Under the pieces are notes generated by a model, which did not search any database, was not told the origin of the DNA, and saw nothing but the letters and a program-made list of their open reading frames with translations. This document shows positions 50,986 to 64,000 of a stretch of DNA of 64,000 nucleotides, one piece after another. Each line of letters opens with the position of its first letter. Within the stretch, counting starts at the first letter, position 1. Both the position numbers and the translations under genes were made by a program. Source of the stretch: Octopus sinensis (taxonomy: Eukaryota); NCBI RefSeq assembly GCF_006345805.1, contig NC_043001.1, positions 130,944,001 to 131,008,000 of the forward strand, written 5' to 3'.

Positions 50986-52250
50986 GATGTGGACAGATAT
51001 TATTTGAATTTGTTTACATGGCTATCATTAAATTTTGGCTGCCACTAAGAAAAAGAAAATTCATGTTCAAAATTCATCAATGAAACTGAACAAGATACAA
51101 ACAAACAGAATGGTTAATTTCAAAAGAAAGTTCAATGGTTTCAACAATTTTCAGAGTTTTAATTACTTCCAAACAGAGCAGATGCTTAACCAATTCATGA
51201 TTCTCCATCTTATATTCAGATTTATTAATATAATGAGAAAATTCTCCCCATTTTTATTGGTGTTCTGAATGGACACAAGAATTCTTTAAATCTATTAGAA
51301 ATTTCCTTCATATGGAATAGTTTTTACTTTTAGTTATTTAATTATTTATATTTATTTATTAATTTGTAACATTTTTCAAATAAAAAAAAATAATAATGTT
51401 ACTGTAATTTCTTTCCTATTTGTTTTAAGAATACCATATCTTTACTTCAATAACCAATAATTTTAGTGTGAAGTGTCTCCAGAGACTCTTTCAGGAACAA
51501 AAACCAAAAAAGAAGAAAGCCCAAAAACAAAAAAAAAACAAAAAACTGAATGTGTGAATAATGAAGATATGCAGACAAAGAAAAATCTAAATATCATTAG
51601 AATATGCCACGTCTGTATCTTTGCCGAAGTGTATAAGGGGGTGGGGGTGGAAAATATGATTTTCAGATTTAATTAATAAAACGATACAAAGACTTTATGT
51701 ACCACAGTACATGTGTGTGTGTATGTCTATATACATACAGTACCTACATGAAAATATATACACACACACATACATGCATTCATTTGAGTGTATATATGAG
51801 GGCAACAGAGGACTTGATACATGTCGTGGACCATTTGTAATATGGTACAATTTCTATTCAGTCTGAATTGTATGTGTGTGTGTGTGTGTCTGTGTATGCA
51901 TGGTAGTGTGTGTGTGTGTCTGTGTATGCAAGGTAGTATGTGTGTGTATGTGTGTGTATGTGTATGTGTGTGTGTGTTTGTCTCTCCAGCTCTATAAATA
52001 GCACACAACTTGTAAATGTCATCATCACACAAGCAGTGTTGTTTGTTTTGCAATCTTCTGAGAAGATATGTCCAGCCATTGAGCTGCTCATGCTTAAAGG
52101 ACCAAAGGAAATATAATATCCTCAGAAACAAATGATGGTTGGTGACAGAAAGAGCATGCAGGCATAGAAAATATTCTATTTTTGTAGGAGTCAATGAAGT
52201 TTGGCTGACCAATGCAATCATGGGAAAGTGGAGTTGAGATGACTGAATGG

Positions 52251-52508
52251 ATCATCATCATCATCATCATCATCATCGTTTAACATCCGCTTTCCATGCT
52301 AGCATGGGTTGGACGATTCAACTGGGGTCTGGGAAGCCCGAAGGCTGCACCAGGCCAGTCAGATCTGGCAGTGTTTCTACAGCTGGATGCCCTTCCTAAT
52401 CCCAACCACTCCGTGAGTGTAGTAGTGCTTTTTATGTGCCACCGACACAGGTGCCAGACGAGGCTGACGAACGGCCACGCTCGGAGGTGCTTTTTACGTG
52501 CCACCGGA
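52251..52508 (-). mobile_element. Family-E element
   Basis: (cat)n cgtttaacatccgctttccatgctagc...tttttatgtgccacc twice. Confidence 0.88.
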
Positions 52509-52647
52509 TATATGTATGAATGTATTTTCCTTTGGGTTCTATTTAAGTTCTTCTTGAGAGAGTGCAAGCTGGTTACGAACAAAACAATAAGACTTTTTGC
52601 ATTAAGAGAGTTCCTGGTATTTGTAAATATGTGGTTGAGTTAGTAGT

Positions 52648-52980
52648 GAAGGCGCATGGCTCAGTGGTTAGAGCATCGAGCTTACGATCATGAAGTTGTA
52701 AGTTCGAATCCAGGACCGAGCTGCATGTTGTATTCTTGAGCAAGACACCTTATTTCACGTTGCTCCTGTTCGTTCAGCTGTAGAAATGAGTTGATATGTC
52801 ACAGGTGCCAAGCTGTATCAGCCTTTCCCTTTCCCTTAGATAACACTGGTGGCGTGGAAGGGGGAGGCTGGTATGAATGGGTGACTGCTGGCCTTCCATA
52901 AACAACCTTGCCCGGACTTGTGCCTGGAAGGGTAACTTTCTAGGTGCAATCCCACAGTCAGTCATGACCGAAGAGGGTCT
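52648..52980 (+). mobile_element. SINE family C2 with 13-bp TSD
   Basis: TSD tggttgagttagt at 52632-52644 and 52984-52996. Confidence 0.9.
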
Positions 52981-53096
52981 CAATGGTTGAGTTAGTGTGT
53001 TGGTTAAACCGTTGATGCATACACCCAAATGTGTGTATCTATTCATGTAAGAATTTCAAATGGAGAATTTTTCAAATGTTTTACAAATCTCCACTG

Positions 53097-53506
53097 GTGT
53101 AGGAGTGGCTGTGTGGTAAGTAGCTTGCTTATCAACCACATGGTTCCGGGCTGAGTCCCACTGCGTGGAACCTTGGGCAAGTGTCTTCTACTATAGCCTA
53201 GGCCAACCAAAGCCTAGTGGATTTGGTAGATGGAAACTGAAAGAAGCCCATCATATATATGTATACATATATATATGTGTATGTGTGTGCATATGTTTGT
53301 GTGTCTGTGTTTGTCCCTCACCAACATCGCTTGACAACCGATGTTGGTGTGTTTATGTCCTCATAACTTAGCAGTTCGGCAAAAGAGACCGATAGAATAA
53401 GTACTAGGCTTACAAAGAGTAAGTCCTGGGGTTGATTTGCTCGACTAAAGGCGGTGCTCCAGCATGGCCACAGTCAAATGACTGAAACAAGTAAAAGAGT
53501 AAAGAG
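53097..53506 (+). mobile_element. OK-like SINE, full length
   Basis: Complete head, microsatellite and tail. Confidence 0.92.
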
Positions 53507-54261
53507 TGCCACTAATAGATTGGATTTGGTGAATCTGCATCAGTTTCTTTTGCTCTTTCTCCAAGTATTTCTAGGTTTTTGTGCAAATCTGATAGTACAT
53601 AATCTATGTATGTAGGTACTCCAAACTTGATGGTATGCTCTAACACCTCTTCACCACCATCTTTCCTTCTTTTCCAATGGGACAGCCACTACTGTAAGAC
53701 AACTATCTCTGTATCTCTATTATACTTTAACTTCCCATCAAGGAGCATAAAGTCACCTCCCTCAATACTATACTCTCCTTAGTTGAGGGGTCTTCCCTTG
53801 CAAGTTACTTGGTGACCTCACTAACGCTGGTGCCATTTAAAACACACTCAATACATTCTGTGAAGTTGTTGGCATCCAATAAGGATATCCAGTTCTAGAA
53901 ACCATACCAAAGCAGACACTGGATCTTGGTGCAGTCCTTTGGCTTGTCTGCTCCTGTGAAACCATCTGACCATGTGAGCATGGAAAACAGGCATTAAATG
54001 ATGATGATGACAATAACGATGATAACAGCTTTCAGTTTCAATGTACCAAATCAGCTCATAAGGCTTTAGTTGGTAATGGATTATCATAGAAGACGCTTGC
54101 CCAAAGTGCTGTGCTGTGGGACTGAACCCAAAACCATGTGGTTGACAAGTAAACTTCTTAACCACACAACCATATTAGTATCTATACACACACACACACG
54201 TGTAAATATATATATATATATTTATTATTTATATATATATACTCACATATATACTCTCCAT

Positions 54262-54525
54262 GTGTCCAACACACGTGGACATGCCTACAAAGTCAGAAAA
54301 CAACACAGCTCCCATGACTTTCGGAAACATTTCTTCACGCTCAGAGTTGCTGAAGCATGGAATAAACTGCCTGCGTCAGTTGTTGACTGCCATGACACTG
54401 CATCCTTTAAGGCCCTCATGCTTTCCGAAATCCGCTGAAACTACACCTGATTATATATACACTTTAGATGAGTTGTGGTGCACCTGAGCACTGTACACAA
54501 TATTTTATTATTATTATTATTATTA
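54262..54525 (+). mobile_element. CR1-group LINE 3' fragment
   Basis: SNTRGHAYKVRKQHSSHDFRKHFFTLRVAEAWNKLPASVVDCHDTASFKALMLSEIR*, then 3' UTR and (ATT)n. Confidence 0.9.
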
Positions 54526-56850
54526 TTATACATATATATATTCACAGATACATATATATACATTCACATATATATGCACATTCAAGTACACAAACATGTG
54601 CATGTGTGTGTGCGTGAGTGTGAGAGAGAGAGTGAAGACAGTTAATCAGACAGATATGCGCAAACAAGACAATATGTGTATCAAGAAATTAAAAGTGATT
54701 TTTGTCCATATTTTTTCACTGAAAATTTCAACAGTCTCCTATTAATATATTTCTAATTTGCAATTCATCTTTTATACTTACTTCCATATGCAAGCAACAA
54801 AGCTTTGATATGTTTGAATTACTTCCGGCATACATCTAGATTACTGCCAAAGCACCTTTAAATTCCACTAGTAATAACTTTATTACTATACACCTACATT
54901 ATTCAACTACTTATATTTTATTTTATATGTTAGTCTCTTTTTCTTTGTGTTCAAAGTTAATACTAGCATTTATTTACTTTTTTGTTATTTCCTTAAATAC
55001 TTTCAAATATTTATCATGAGAAAAAGATGAGAGGAGAGGAGAGGAGCTAAGTAATAAGTAGAGAAAGAAATTTAACTTTGAACTGCCTACTAAAGGGTCA
55101 GCCACATTATGACCCTTTGTAAACATAATTGTGACACATCCAGAAAAGTAAAAATTATAGACTACTGCAAATAATAGATCATGTGATAAGCGGGATCAAA
55201 GAAGGTCACAGCAAAAGTAAGATGGTATTACTACAGAAGTAAAGATAGACAACTCCACAGTTTGGGGACTGTGTGGGGCCAAGGGATCACAGATGTTATA
55301 TTATTACTTATGGAAGAGCTGCATGATGTATACTTAAGTTTCCAGAAACAAATAACCCCTTACTTGACAGGGTCAAGTGTACTGTATGTAGTTATGTTAG
55401 TTTGCTAGTGAATGAATCATAAGGGCAGTTTGATTTGTAGAAGAAAAATGTAAGAAACTATATTGGCTTGGTAAGGGAGTGGAGGGTACCCAAAAGTGTT
55501 TAGTAAGGAATTTTAGACGCTAACAAATATTCTCTGGTGTGGACATATTACTTTGCAGAGTTGATGTCTAACTGTATTATGCTTCATATATTGCCTTCAA
55601 TGTTCTGAACTTCTAGCTAAGCTGTCATGATAACTTAGTATTTCTTCTGACTTCAAGTTAAAAATAAAATAAAAGTAATATTCTTATATAACAGATACAA
55701 ATTCTTGATTACAGGAAGAAGGGATGGCAGCCATGGCTTTTCCCAGTCCAGGTTAGTTGTAGGGGATTCAGTGCCCAGTCAGTATGGAGGATACAGCCGT
55801 AGTAATGAGAGGGAAAGAGTGAAAGGTTGATGTGTGTAGGATGGGAGAGACAGCAGAAGAAGGCTCTTGCTGGTAATGGAGCAAGAGATAGAAATCAAGC
55901 TGGATGCCAGGAGGAGATAGTGAGCAGTGATTTGGCCACCACTGCTAACCTACCAACATGAGGATGTTACAGATCAGGGTCAAAACCATCCTCCTGGCCA
56001 ATGTTCCATTCACCTTAGTAAATGGAAAAGTATCACCTTCTATTTGGACATTATCAATAAGTAATATAACAGACATATATTCTTGACTTCCTGAGATATT
56101 TAGAGAGAATTACGAGAATTAGAGCCTCATTGGTAATTTGCAGTTTTGAAAGAATGAATGCTTACCAAATACTTCTTATCTAATTGTAGATATAAGTGGA
56201 GAAATAAACATCAGAGATGCTTTCCCCATGCAAAAACTGCAGGAGCAACTCAGAGGTTTGCAAGCTCTTCTAAATTCATTGCAATGCTGGAACACTAATG
56301 AATATCTATGTTATTAAATAGTGGTTGTAGAAACCAGAGAGAAGTGCTGCCGTGCTAGATATCACACTTGGATGACAGGAATTACCCTTTTAGCTACCAT
56401 ATTTTTGTTGAAATACACTGCCTTTCTTTCAAGAATAAGTGTATGGCAAAAAGTTTGCTTCCCAACCACTTGGTTCTGTGTTCAGTCCCACTGCATGGCA
56501 CCTTAGGCAAGTGACTTCTTCTATAGCCCCATGCCAACCAAAGACTTGTGAGGGAATTTGGTAAACAGAAACTGAAAGTCTGTCATATGTTCTTGTGTGT
56601 GTGTGTGTGTGTGTGTGTGCATGATACATGCATGTGTGTGCATGTGTCTTCGTGTTTATGTTTGTTCCCTGCCACTGCTTGATAACTGGTGGTGGTTTAG
56701 CAGCAAAAGAAGCTGATAGAATAAGTGCCAGGCATAAAAAATGCAAGTACTCAGGTCAATTCATAAAACCGGCATCCAAGGCAGTGCTCCAGCATGGTTA
56801 CATCCACTAACTGACACCAGTAAAAAGTAAACTGTAAGCATTTAAAATAA

Positions 56851-56855
<5 letters not shown>

Positions 56856-56898
<43 letters not shown>

Positions 56899-57144
56899 CA
56901 TCATCGTTTAACGTCCGTTCTCCATGCTAGCATGGGTTGGACTGTTCGACCGGGGATCTGGGAAGCCAGGAGGCTGCACCAGGCTCCGGTCTTATCTGGC
57001 AGTGTTTCTTCGGCTGGATGCCCTTCCTAACGCCAACTACTCCGTGAGTGTAGTGGGTGCTTTTTATGTGCCACCTGCACTGGTGCCAGGCGAGGCTGGC
57101 ATCGGCCACGGTCGGATTGGTGCATTTTACGTGCCACCTGCACG
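56856..57144 (-). mobile_element. Family-E element
   Basis: (cat)n gtttaacgtccgttctccatgctagc..., with gtgccacctgcac repeated. Confidence 0.88.
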
Positions 57145-57328
57145 GAATTGTAAAATTATTGTTTGGAACGTAAATTAATGTGAAATTTTGATGGCTTTTA
57201 TCCCTTAAATTTAAATTACTATAAAACAACAGAACGTTTATATCATAGAAGAAGGAGCAGTCTCAAAAGGTTTGATTTCCAAAGGGTTCACAGCTGAAAA
57301 TTGATCCTCTTATTTATTCATGTGTTAT

Positions 57329-58738
57329 AGTTAGTTAGTTAGTTAGTTAATTTGGCTCAAAAGCAAATAGCAAGGCCATGTAGGGGGACATGGAGTTAAG
57401 TACAGGGTGGTGTTCATGTAAAGAGTTCAGGCCACTTGAGGTCCAGGGAGGCTTTGAACAAAGCGGTCATCGGCATCTTCACCATCTTGTCTGGCAGCTT
57501 GTTCCACGGATCCGCAACCCAGACGGAGAAAGCTCCTCTCCTTCGATTGAGATGAAATCGTTGCAGGTAGAGCTTTTCGGAATGACCCCGCAGCCGACGC
57601 TCTGGAGCAGGAGTGAAGAACAGCTCTTTCAAGAGGTTACACTTTCCGCTTATGATGTTGTGGGCAAGAATGAGATCACCACGTCGGCGGCGTTTTTCCA
57701 GAGAATAAAGGTCGAGCGTCCTCAGCCTTTCTTCGTAGGACAAATTTTTGAGACCATGAACCATGCGGGTAGCCAGCCTCTGGACTCTTTCAAGATGCTG
57801 TATGTCTTTGAGGAGATAAGGAGAAGAGGCTTGAATCCCATACTCCAATATGGGTCTCACCAGCGTGACATAGAGTGGTAGGAATATGGCTGCTGTGAGC
57901 ATTCCGAATGACCGTCAAATCAAGAACAGAATTCCGCGTGCTTTGTTGGCAGCATGGACGCACTGGGCCGAAGGCGAAAAGGAGGAATCCACCAAGATAC
58001 CCAGGTCCTTTACCTGATCGGTCCTCTCCAGCAGCAGACGACCCGGCTCGAAATCAAGTTGAGTTGCAGGAGTAGAGCCGACAGGCAGATGACAGCACTT
58101 TGACACGTTCAGACACAGGTCCCAATCATTAGACCACTTCCAAATTTGGTGGAGGCATCGACGAAGATCCTCTATATTACCGCGAGGAGCGACCAGTTTG
58201 ATATCGTCAGCAATAGAAGGGTGTGTTGCGTGAGGTCGTCGGGCAAGTCATTATGAAGACTAAGAACAACATGGGCCCAAGCACTGAACCTTGAGGCACG
58301 CCACTGCTCGCACTGGAGACGTCGGACCGCGAACCATTAACTTGGACTTGGAAGGAGCGATCTGAGAGGAAGGCACCACCCATCGTATAATATCCGGATG
58401 GAAACTATATGCTTGAAGCTTGACAAGTAATAGGCGGTGGTTTACCGAGTCAAAAGCTTTGCAAAGTCCAATAAAACGATGTCAACAGCATCACTATCAT
58501 CGAGGATGCGCGTCACCAATTCTTCCATTACTAGTAAGTTGGTCAAGCATGATCTCTTCGGCACGAAGCCGTGTTGGGAATCAGAGATAGAGGCTGTGTT
58601 TAGGAGGTGGAGCATCATACTTTTCTTAAGGATGGTTTCGAACATCTTGCTGATTATTGATGTAAGGGAAACCGGTCGGTAGTTAAGCGGGTCTTCGCTG
58701 CTCTCTTTCTTGAGAATTGGGCAGATTATCGCTGTTAC
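57329..58738 (-). mobile_element. CR1 LINE, 5'-truncated, RT plus C-terminus (frameshifted)
   Basis: QHGFVPKRSCLTNLL, DIVLLDFAK, and ORF 57414-57902 LYVTLVRPILEYG...LERVQRLATRMV...SLEKRRRRGDLI...WNKLP. (TAAC)n tail. Confidence 0.95.
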
Positions 58739-59153
58739 TTAGTATTGTTTAGCTCCAGGTCATCCTGGACTGAGCAGATCTATGATCAAAAATATTCCAG
58801 CTATGCAAATCCAGTACTTTGAATGCATAATGAATGTGTAGTCTATTCTTCAATTAACCATTTTTCTAGCTAATCAAGTATTCTCCTTTTTATGTGAGTA
58901 GGTTGTGATTTAAGGGATATTTGGCAGCTATTTCTATCCAATCCAGGAGCTGCATAGAGGCACACTCACTGGCTTGTGAATTTTCATAGCTATAAGAATT
59001 GGCCTGATAACTGACTGGTTAGGGCTGTCAATTAACAAAATCTCTAGACATGAGGAGACAGTTCTAATGAATCAAAGGAAAACCTATGCTGAGAGAGTGG
59101 CCAAGTGAAATGGTAAAACACCTTTCATTTGCAATGTTTTCTTCATATTTCAG

Positions 59154-59154
<1 letters not shown>

Positions 59155-59218
<64 letters not shown>

Positions 59219-59484
59219 TCCCTGGCTTAGCATCCCTGCAAGAAGTGCAAAAGATTGTCTTAACTGGTACATCACACGTATTGAGAAGAGCATTGTCCAT
59301 GTGAGAACTATTACTACCCATGTATTTTAATTTGACTTTAAAAAAAAAATAAAATAATGAACGAACTAGTGAGTTTAGTTTAATGGCCTACCAAATGTAT
59401 ACTATGAGTTTCTTTGCCCTAGGAGTCGGGAAGACACTCGGCAAGAAATGGAAGCAAATTTGAAAGAAGAGGAGAAAAAAAAAG

Positions 59485-59527
<43 letters not shown>

Positions 59528-59791
59528 TCCCTGGCTTACCATCCCTGCAAGAAGTGCAAAAGATTGTCTTAACTGGTACATCACACGTATTGAGAAGAGC
59601 ATTGTCCATGTGAGAACTATTACTACCCATGTATTTTAATTTAACTTTAAAAAAAAAAAAATGAACGAACGAACTAGTGAGTTTAGTTTAATGGCCTACC
59701 AATGTATACTATGAGTTTCTTTGCCCTAGGAGTCGGGAAGACACTCGGCAAGAAATGGAAGCAAATTTGAAAGAAGAGGGGAAAAAAAAAG

Positions 59792-59828
<37 letters not shown>
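59155..59828. repeat. ~310-bp tandem duplication bounded by three (AAT)n tracts
   Basis: 59213-59484 is nearly identical to 59523-59791. Each unit begins with the R4-like C-terminus IPGLASLQEVQKIVLTGTSHVLRRALSM*. Confidence 0.92.
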
Positions 59829-59829
<1 letters not shown>

Positions 59830-60271
59830 CATTTCTACTATAGGCACTGAAATTTTGGAGCAGGGGTTAAGTCAATTACCTCAACCCCAGTACTTAACTG
59901 ATACTTATTTTATTGACCCTGAAAGGATGAATGACAAAGCTGACCATGGCAGAATTGAACTCAGAATGTGAAGATGGGCAAAATACTGCTAAGCATTTTG
60001 CTCCATGTGCTAATGATTCTGCCTGCCATTGCTTTAATAAAATTAATAATGTTAATAATCTCAGAGCCAAGTCAAAGACAATTCTTGCACTCTTCTCTTA
60101 ATTAACAAGTATGATAATTACAAGGCTCATTTTCTACCTCTTCGCACTTCTGCCCTGAAGGACCGTCTGTGTTCCTCCTCACCTGCACTCCTTTGTTATG
60201 CCTCTGATAACTCCAAATAACTTTAGAATATATGTGATGTTAACAAGTGAAGTGGTTAGGCATAAACACAT

Positions 60272-60304
<33 letters not shown>

Positions 60305-60318
60305 TGTGTATGTATACA

Positions 60319-60860
60319 GGGGATGATTTTGCTCTCCTAGTAGAATCCATAACAAAACTAGGAAAGAAATTCCAGGTATAGAATCAAAATCTGGAATTGA
60401 AGAGCCTTAAAGTAAATGTAGCAAAGAACAAGGTGCAAGTAAGCAACAAAACCAACAGGACCCTATCCACTTCAGGTAAATAACCCTATTCAAAAGATAG
60501 GAAAGGTGTAAGCAGGGATTCCATATCATGTACATGGTGTGAACTATGAACTTGCAAGAGGTGCTGTGGAATAATAGGAAGGTTAACAGAAAAAGTAGTA
60601 TTTGTATGTGGAAAATGCACACAAGAGTATAAAGTGTACAGATACATGGGAAATTGATTTTCTCAACAGTTCCAGTGGATCTCTAAAGATAGTGGATAAT
60701 TTTTGTTACTTAGGGGACCGAGTTAGCAGTGTAGAAGGATGTACAGAAAGTCTAATTGCTAGAATAAGAATAGGATAGTGAAAAATTCAGAGAGCGTTTA
60801 CCATTTTGGTAACCAAACAGCTCTCTCTTCAAATGAAAGGAAGATTGCATGATGCGTACT
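60319..60860 (+). mobile_element. Degenerate RTE LINE reverse transcriptase fragment
   Basis: DDFALLVESITKL...LKVNVAKNKV...VDNFCYLGDRVSS...IARIRIG, the RTE RT domain 5-7 pattern with many stops. Confidence 0.8.
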
Positions 60861-61241
60861 GGTGTCACATAAAAGTCACTGATGCTGGTGTCACGTAAAA
60901 AAGAACACCCAGTATACTCTGTAAAGTGATTGATGTTAAGAAGGGCATCCAACTGTAGACACCATACCAAAACAGACAATGGAGCCTGGTGCAGCTCTCC
61001 AGCCTTATCAACTCCTGTCAAACCATCAAACCTATTCCAACATGGAAAACAGACATTAAATGATGATGATGATACACACACACTCTTTATTTGTAGATTA
61101 ACAAAGCAACCAATGGTTTCATGTAGATAGATATCTACAATTATTCAAAAGTTTCTGTTTGGGAATGTTGGTGCTCATTTCTATTTTGGATGAGATTCTC
61201 ATATTCATTCTCACTACTTAATACTAGCATATATCTAAATA

Positions 61242-61620
61242 GGAGGCACAATGGCCCAGTGGTTAGGGCAGCGGACTCGCGGTCATAGGATCGCGGCTTC
61301 GATTCCCAGACCGGGCGTTGTGAGTGTTTATTGAGCGAAAACACCTAAAGCTCCACGAGGCTCCAGCAGGGGGTGGTGGTGATCCCTGCTGTACTCTTTC
61401 ACCACAACTTTCTCTCACTCTTACTTCCTGTTTCTGTTGTACCTGTATTTCAAAGGGCTGGCCTTGTCACTCTCTGTGTCACGCTGAATATCCCCGAGAA
61501 CTACGTTAAGGGTGCACGTGTCTGTGGAGTGCTCAGCCACTTACACGTTAATTTCATGAGCAGGCTGTTCCGTTGATTCGGATCAACTGGAACCCTCGTC
61601 GTCGTAACCGACGGAGTGCT
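61242..61620 (+). mobile_element. tRNA-Arg-derived SINE (OR-like, long form ~380 bp) with 11-bp TSD
   Basis: Head ggcccagtggttagggcagcggactcgcggtcataggatcgcggcttcgattcc (TCG at the anticodon position). TSD atatctaaata at 61231-61241 and 61624-61634. Confidence 0.88.
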
Positions 61621-62786
61621 TCCATATCTAAATATCTATGTGTGTGTGCGTACTTATATCATCATCAATGTCTCTTACTGTTCAGTTTACCCTTTCCTAT
61701 ACTTGTGTATTTCAATCATAAATTCATTGAAGCAGATTTTATTTTTTTGTTATAGCCAGATGCCCTTCTTGTAGCCAACAAAGGAGGATAATATTTTTCC
61801 ATGGCCAGACATGCTATGGTGGAAGATAAGAAATGATAAACACCACATGTATGACAGAATCATTCATTTAAAACATTCACAAAATGTTAAGGAGACACAA
61901 CCACCCTCACCACATACACACACACACATATACACAATGAGCTTTCAGTTTCCATCTACCAAATCTACTGACAAAGCTTTGGTCATTTGATAGGCTATAG
62001 AAGAAGGTCCCATGTACAAACTTTCGAGCAGTGAGACTGAACCCGGATCCATGTGGTTCAGAAGCAATCTTCTTAACCACACATCCACAAAGTGCATATA
62101 CATACATACAGACAGACATATGTATGTGTATATCTTGCAAACATGAATGTATGTCAGTACATACATATATATATAAAATACAGTGTAAACACACACATGT
62201 ATATATGTATGTATATATGTATGTATATATGTATGTATATATGTATGTATATATGTATGTATATATGTATGTATATATGTATGTATATATGTATGTATAT
62301 ATGTATGTATATATGTATGTATATGCATATATACACAAAGTGATATACGCTCAAACAGCAGTATACCAATACAGGGTATGCTTCACCGAACACAATATTC
62401 CAAGCTATAAATAATGGATTTTCCATGTGCAAGGGTTTCTGACAAAATTTCATTTTATATTCTTGGGGCAATTTTCTGTAAATTACATCAGACTAATGAG
62501 AGATACCTTAATTTTAATTGGAGGTCTTTTTCCTGTTGACACAAGTGAAGCATTCAGTAAAATACATTTGAAAAAAATCCCTCAAAGTTTTATGCTTACC
62601 AAATTTTTCATTACTGTTCTTGTTATTATCTTCATTAGAATTGTTCTGACTGCCATTTTTGTTGTGTTTCTGTTGTTTTGACTATAATTGTCCATCATTA
62701 TTATTGATAAGATCATTAATATCAACATTATTAAAATTTTCATTATGAATATAGCTGTCATCAGTAATATTATTATCATTACTATG

Positions 62787-62827
<41 letters not shown>

Positions 62828-62829
62828 AA

Positions 62830-63750
62830 AGGCAGCGAGCTGGCACAATCATGTATGCCGGACGAAATGCTTAGCAGTATTTTGCCTGTCACTACATTCT
62901 AAGTTCAAATTCCACTGAGGTCGACTTTGCACTTTATCCTTTCGGGGTCAATAAATTAAGTAACAGTTGCATACTGGAGTTGATCTAATCAACTGGCCCC
63001 TTCCCCAAAAATTTCAGACCTTGTACGTACGATAGAAAGGATTATTATTATTAAGGCAGTGAGCTGGCAGAATTGTTAGCATGCTGGACAAAATGCTTAG
63101 CAGTATTTCGCCTGTCCTTACATTCTGAGTTCAAGTTCTGTCAAGGTCAACTTTGCTGAAAGGATGAAAATCCTTTCGGGATTGATAAATTAAGTTCTAG
63201 TAAAACACTGGGGTCGATGTAATCAACTAGCCTCCTCCCCCAAAATTTCAGGCCTTGTGCCTATAGTAGAAAGGATTATTGTTGTTATTATTATTATCAT
63301 AATTATTATTATTATTATTATTATTATTATTTGTCTTAGGGTGGAAAACTGGCAGAATTGTTAGCATGCTGGGGAAAATGCCTAGTGGTATTTCATCCAT
63401 CTTTACATTCTGAGTTCAAATTCCACTAAGGCTGACTCTGCTTTTCATCTTTCAGGGTCAATAAAGTAAGTACCAGTTGAGTACTGGGGATCAGTGTATT
63501 TGACTTTGCCCTCTCCCACGAAATTGCTAGCCTTGGCAGAATCATTAGCACACCAGGCAAAATGCTTTGTGGTATTTTGTCTGCCTTAACATTCTGAGTT
63601 CAAATTCCACCAAGGTTGACTTTGCCTTTCATCTTTTCGGGGTCAATAAAATAAGTACCAGCTGAACATTGGGTTTGATATAATTGACTTATCCCCTCCT
63701 CCAAAATTGCTAGCTTTGTGCCAAAATTTGAAATTATTATTATTATTATT
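62830..63750 (+). mobile_element. Second head-to-tail cluster of old family-A SINEs (4-5 copies)
   Basis: Starts near 62830, 63055, 63337 and 63533, mostly joined by (ATT)n tails. Confidence 0.85.
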
Positions 63751-64000
63751 ATCATCTGTCTCAGCATGTCTCCACCTCACTATTTCCATCGCCTGCATTA
63801 TCATTTACACCATAATCATCATCATCATAATCAATATTTCTCTCCTTGTTACTACTACTACTACCACTACCACCACCACCATCACCATTATCATTGTATG
63901 TATCACTATAAGCGTTGCCATCATCCTCTTCCACTAGTCTTACCAGTGCCACCTCATTTGTTATTTCTCCAGTGACCCCCCCCCAACCACACACACACAC

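Noticed and set aside
50191-51083. Long I/Y/C/V/M-rich ORFs here and in all other TA/TG tracts
   Set aside because: Translations of dinucleotide microsatellites, which lack stop codons by composition.
53515-53690. Protein-like minus frame GGEEVLEHTIKFGVPTYIDYVLSDLHKNLEILGERAKE
   Set aside because: Bounded by stops with no usable splice sites. It may be a decayed TE, but the family cannot be assigned.
55720-56060. Possible second Penelope-like RT relic
   Set aside because: Too degenerate to support by translation.
61242-61320. Functional tRNA-Arg gene
   Set aside because: The tRNA-like head continues into a SINE body with TSDs and lacks a proper acceptor stem and terminator. The same applies to other SINE heads.

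Overview
AT-rich, repeat-dominated eukaryotic DNA, most likely octopus/coleoid cephalopod. This is inferred from tRNA-derived SINEs resembling the octopus OK/OR families and from very dense (TA)n, (TG)n and (AAT)n microsatellites. No host protein-coding gene can be established, so the window reads as intergenic DNA or a very large intron, with one weak exon candidate at 18.0-18.2 kb. Supported content: dozens of SINEs from about five families; LINE relics (CR1-group, RTE, R4/Dong-like, Penelope-like); a mariner 3' relic; a hAT MITE; TTAA piggyBac-type MITEs; two complete non-autonomous Helitrons; 33-bp, 16-bp and ~60-bp minisatellites; and several fold-back palindromes. The most interesting signal is a set of type I hammerhead-ribozyme-like motifs (17.5, 32.4 and 38.9 kb, weaker at 38.1, 35.2 and 8.86 kb), mostly inside islands flanked by (TA)n. 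The 17.5 and 38.9 kb motifs share the same unusual stem II architecture while their inner stems differ in sequence. Also notable are a LINE 3' tail matching the commonest SINE tail, repeated same-site SINE insertion, and nested retroelements. All family names come from recognition by eye, not database searches, and the boundaries of old elements are approximate.
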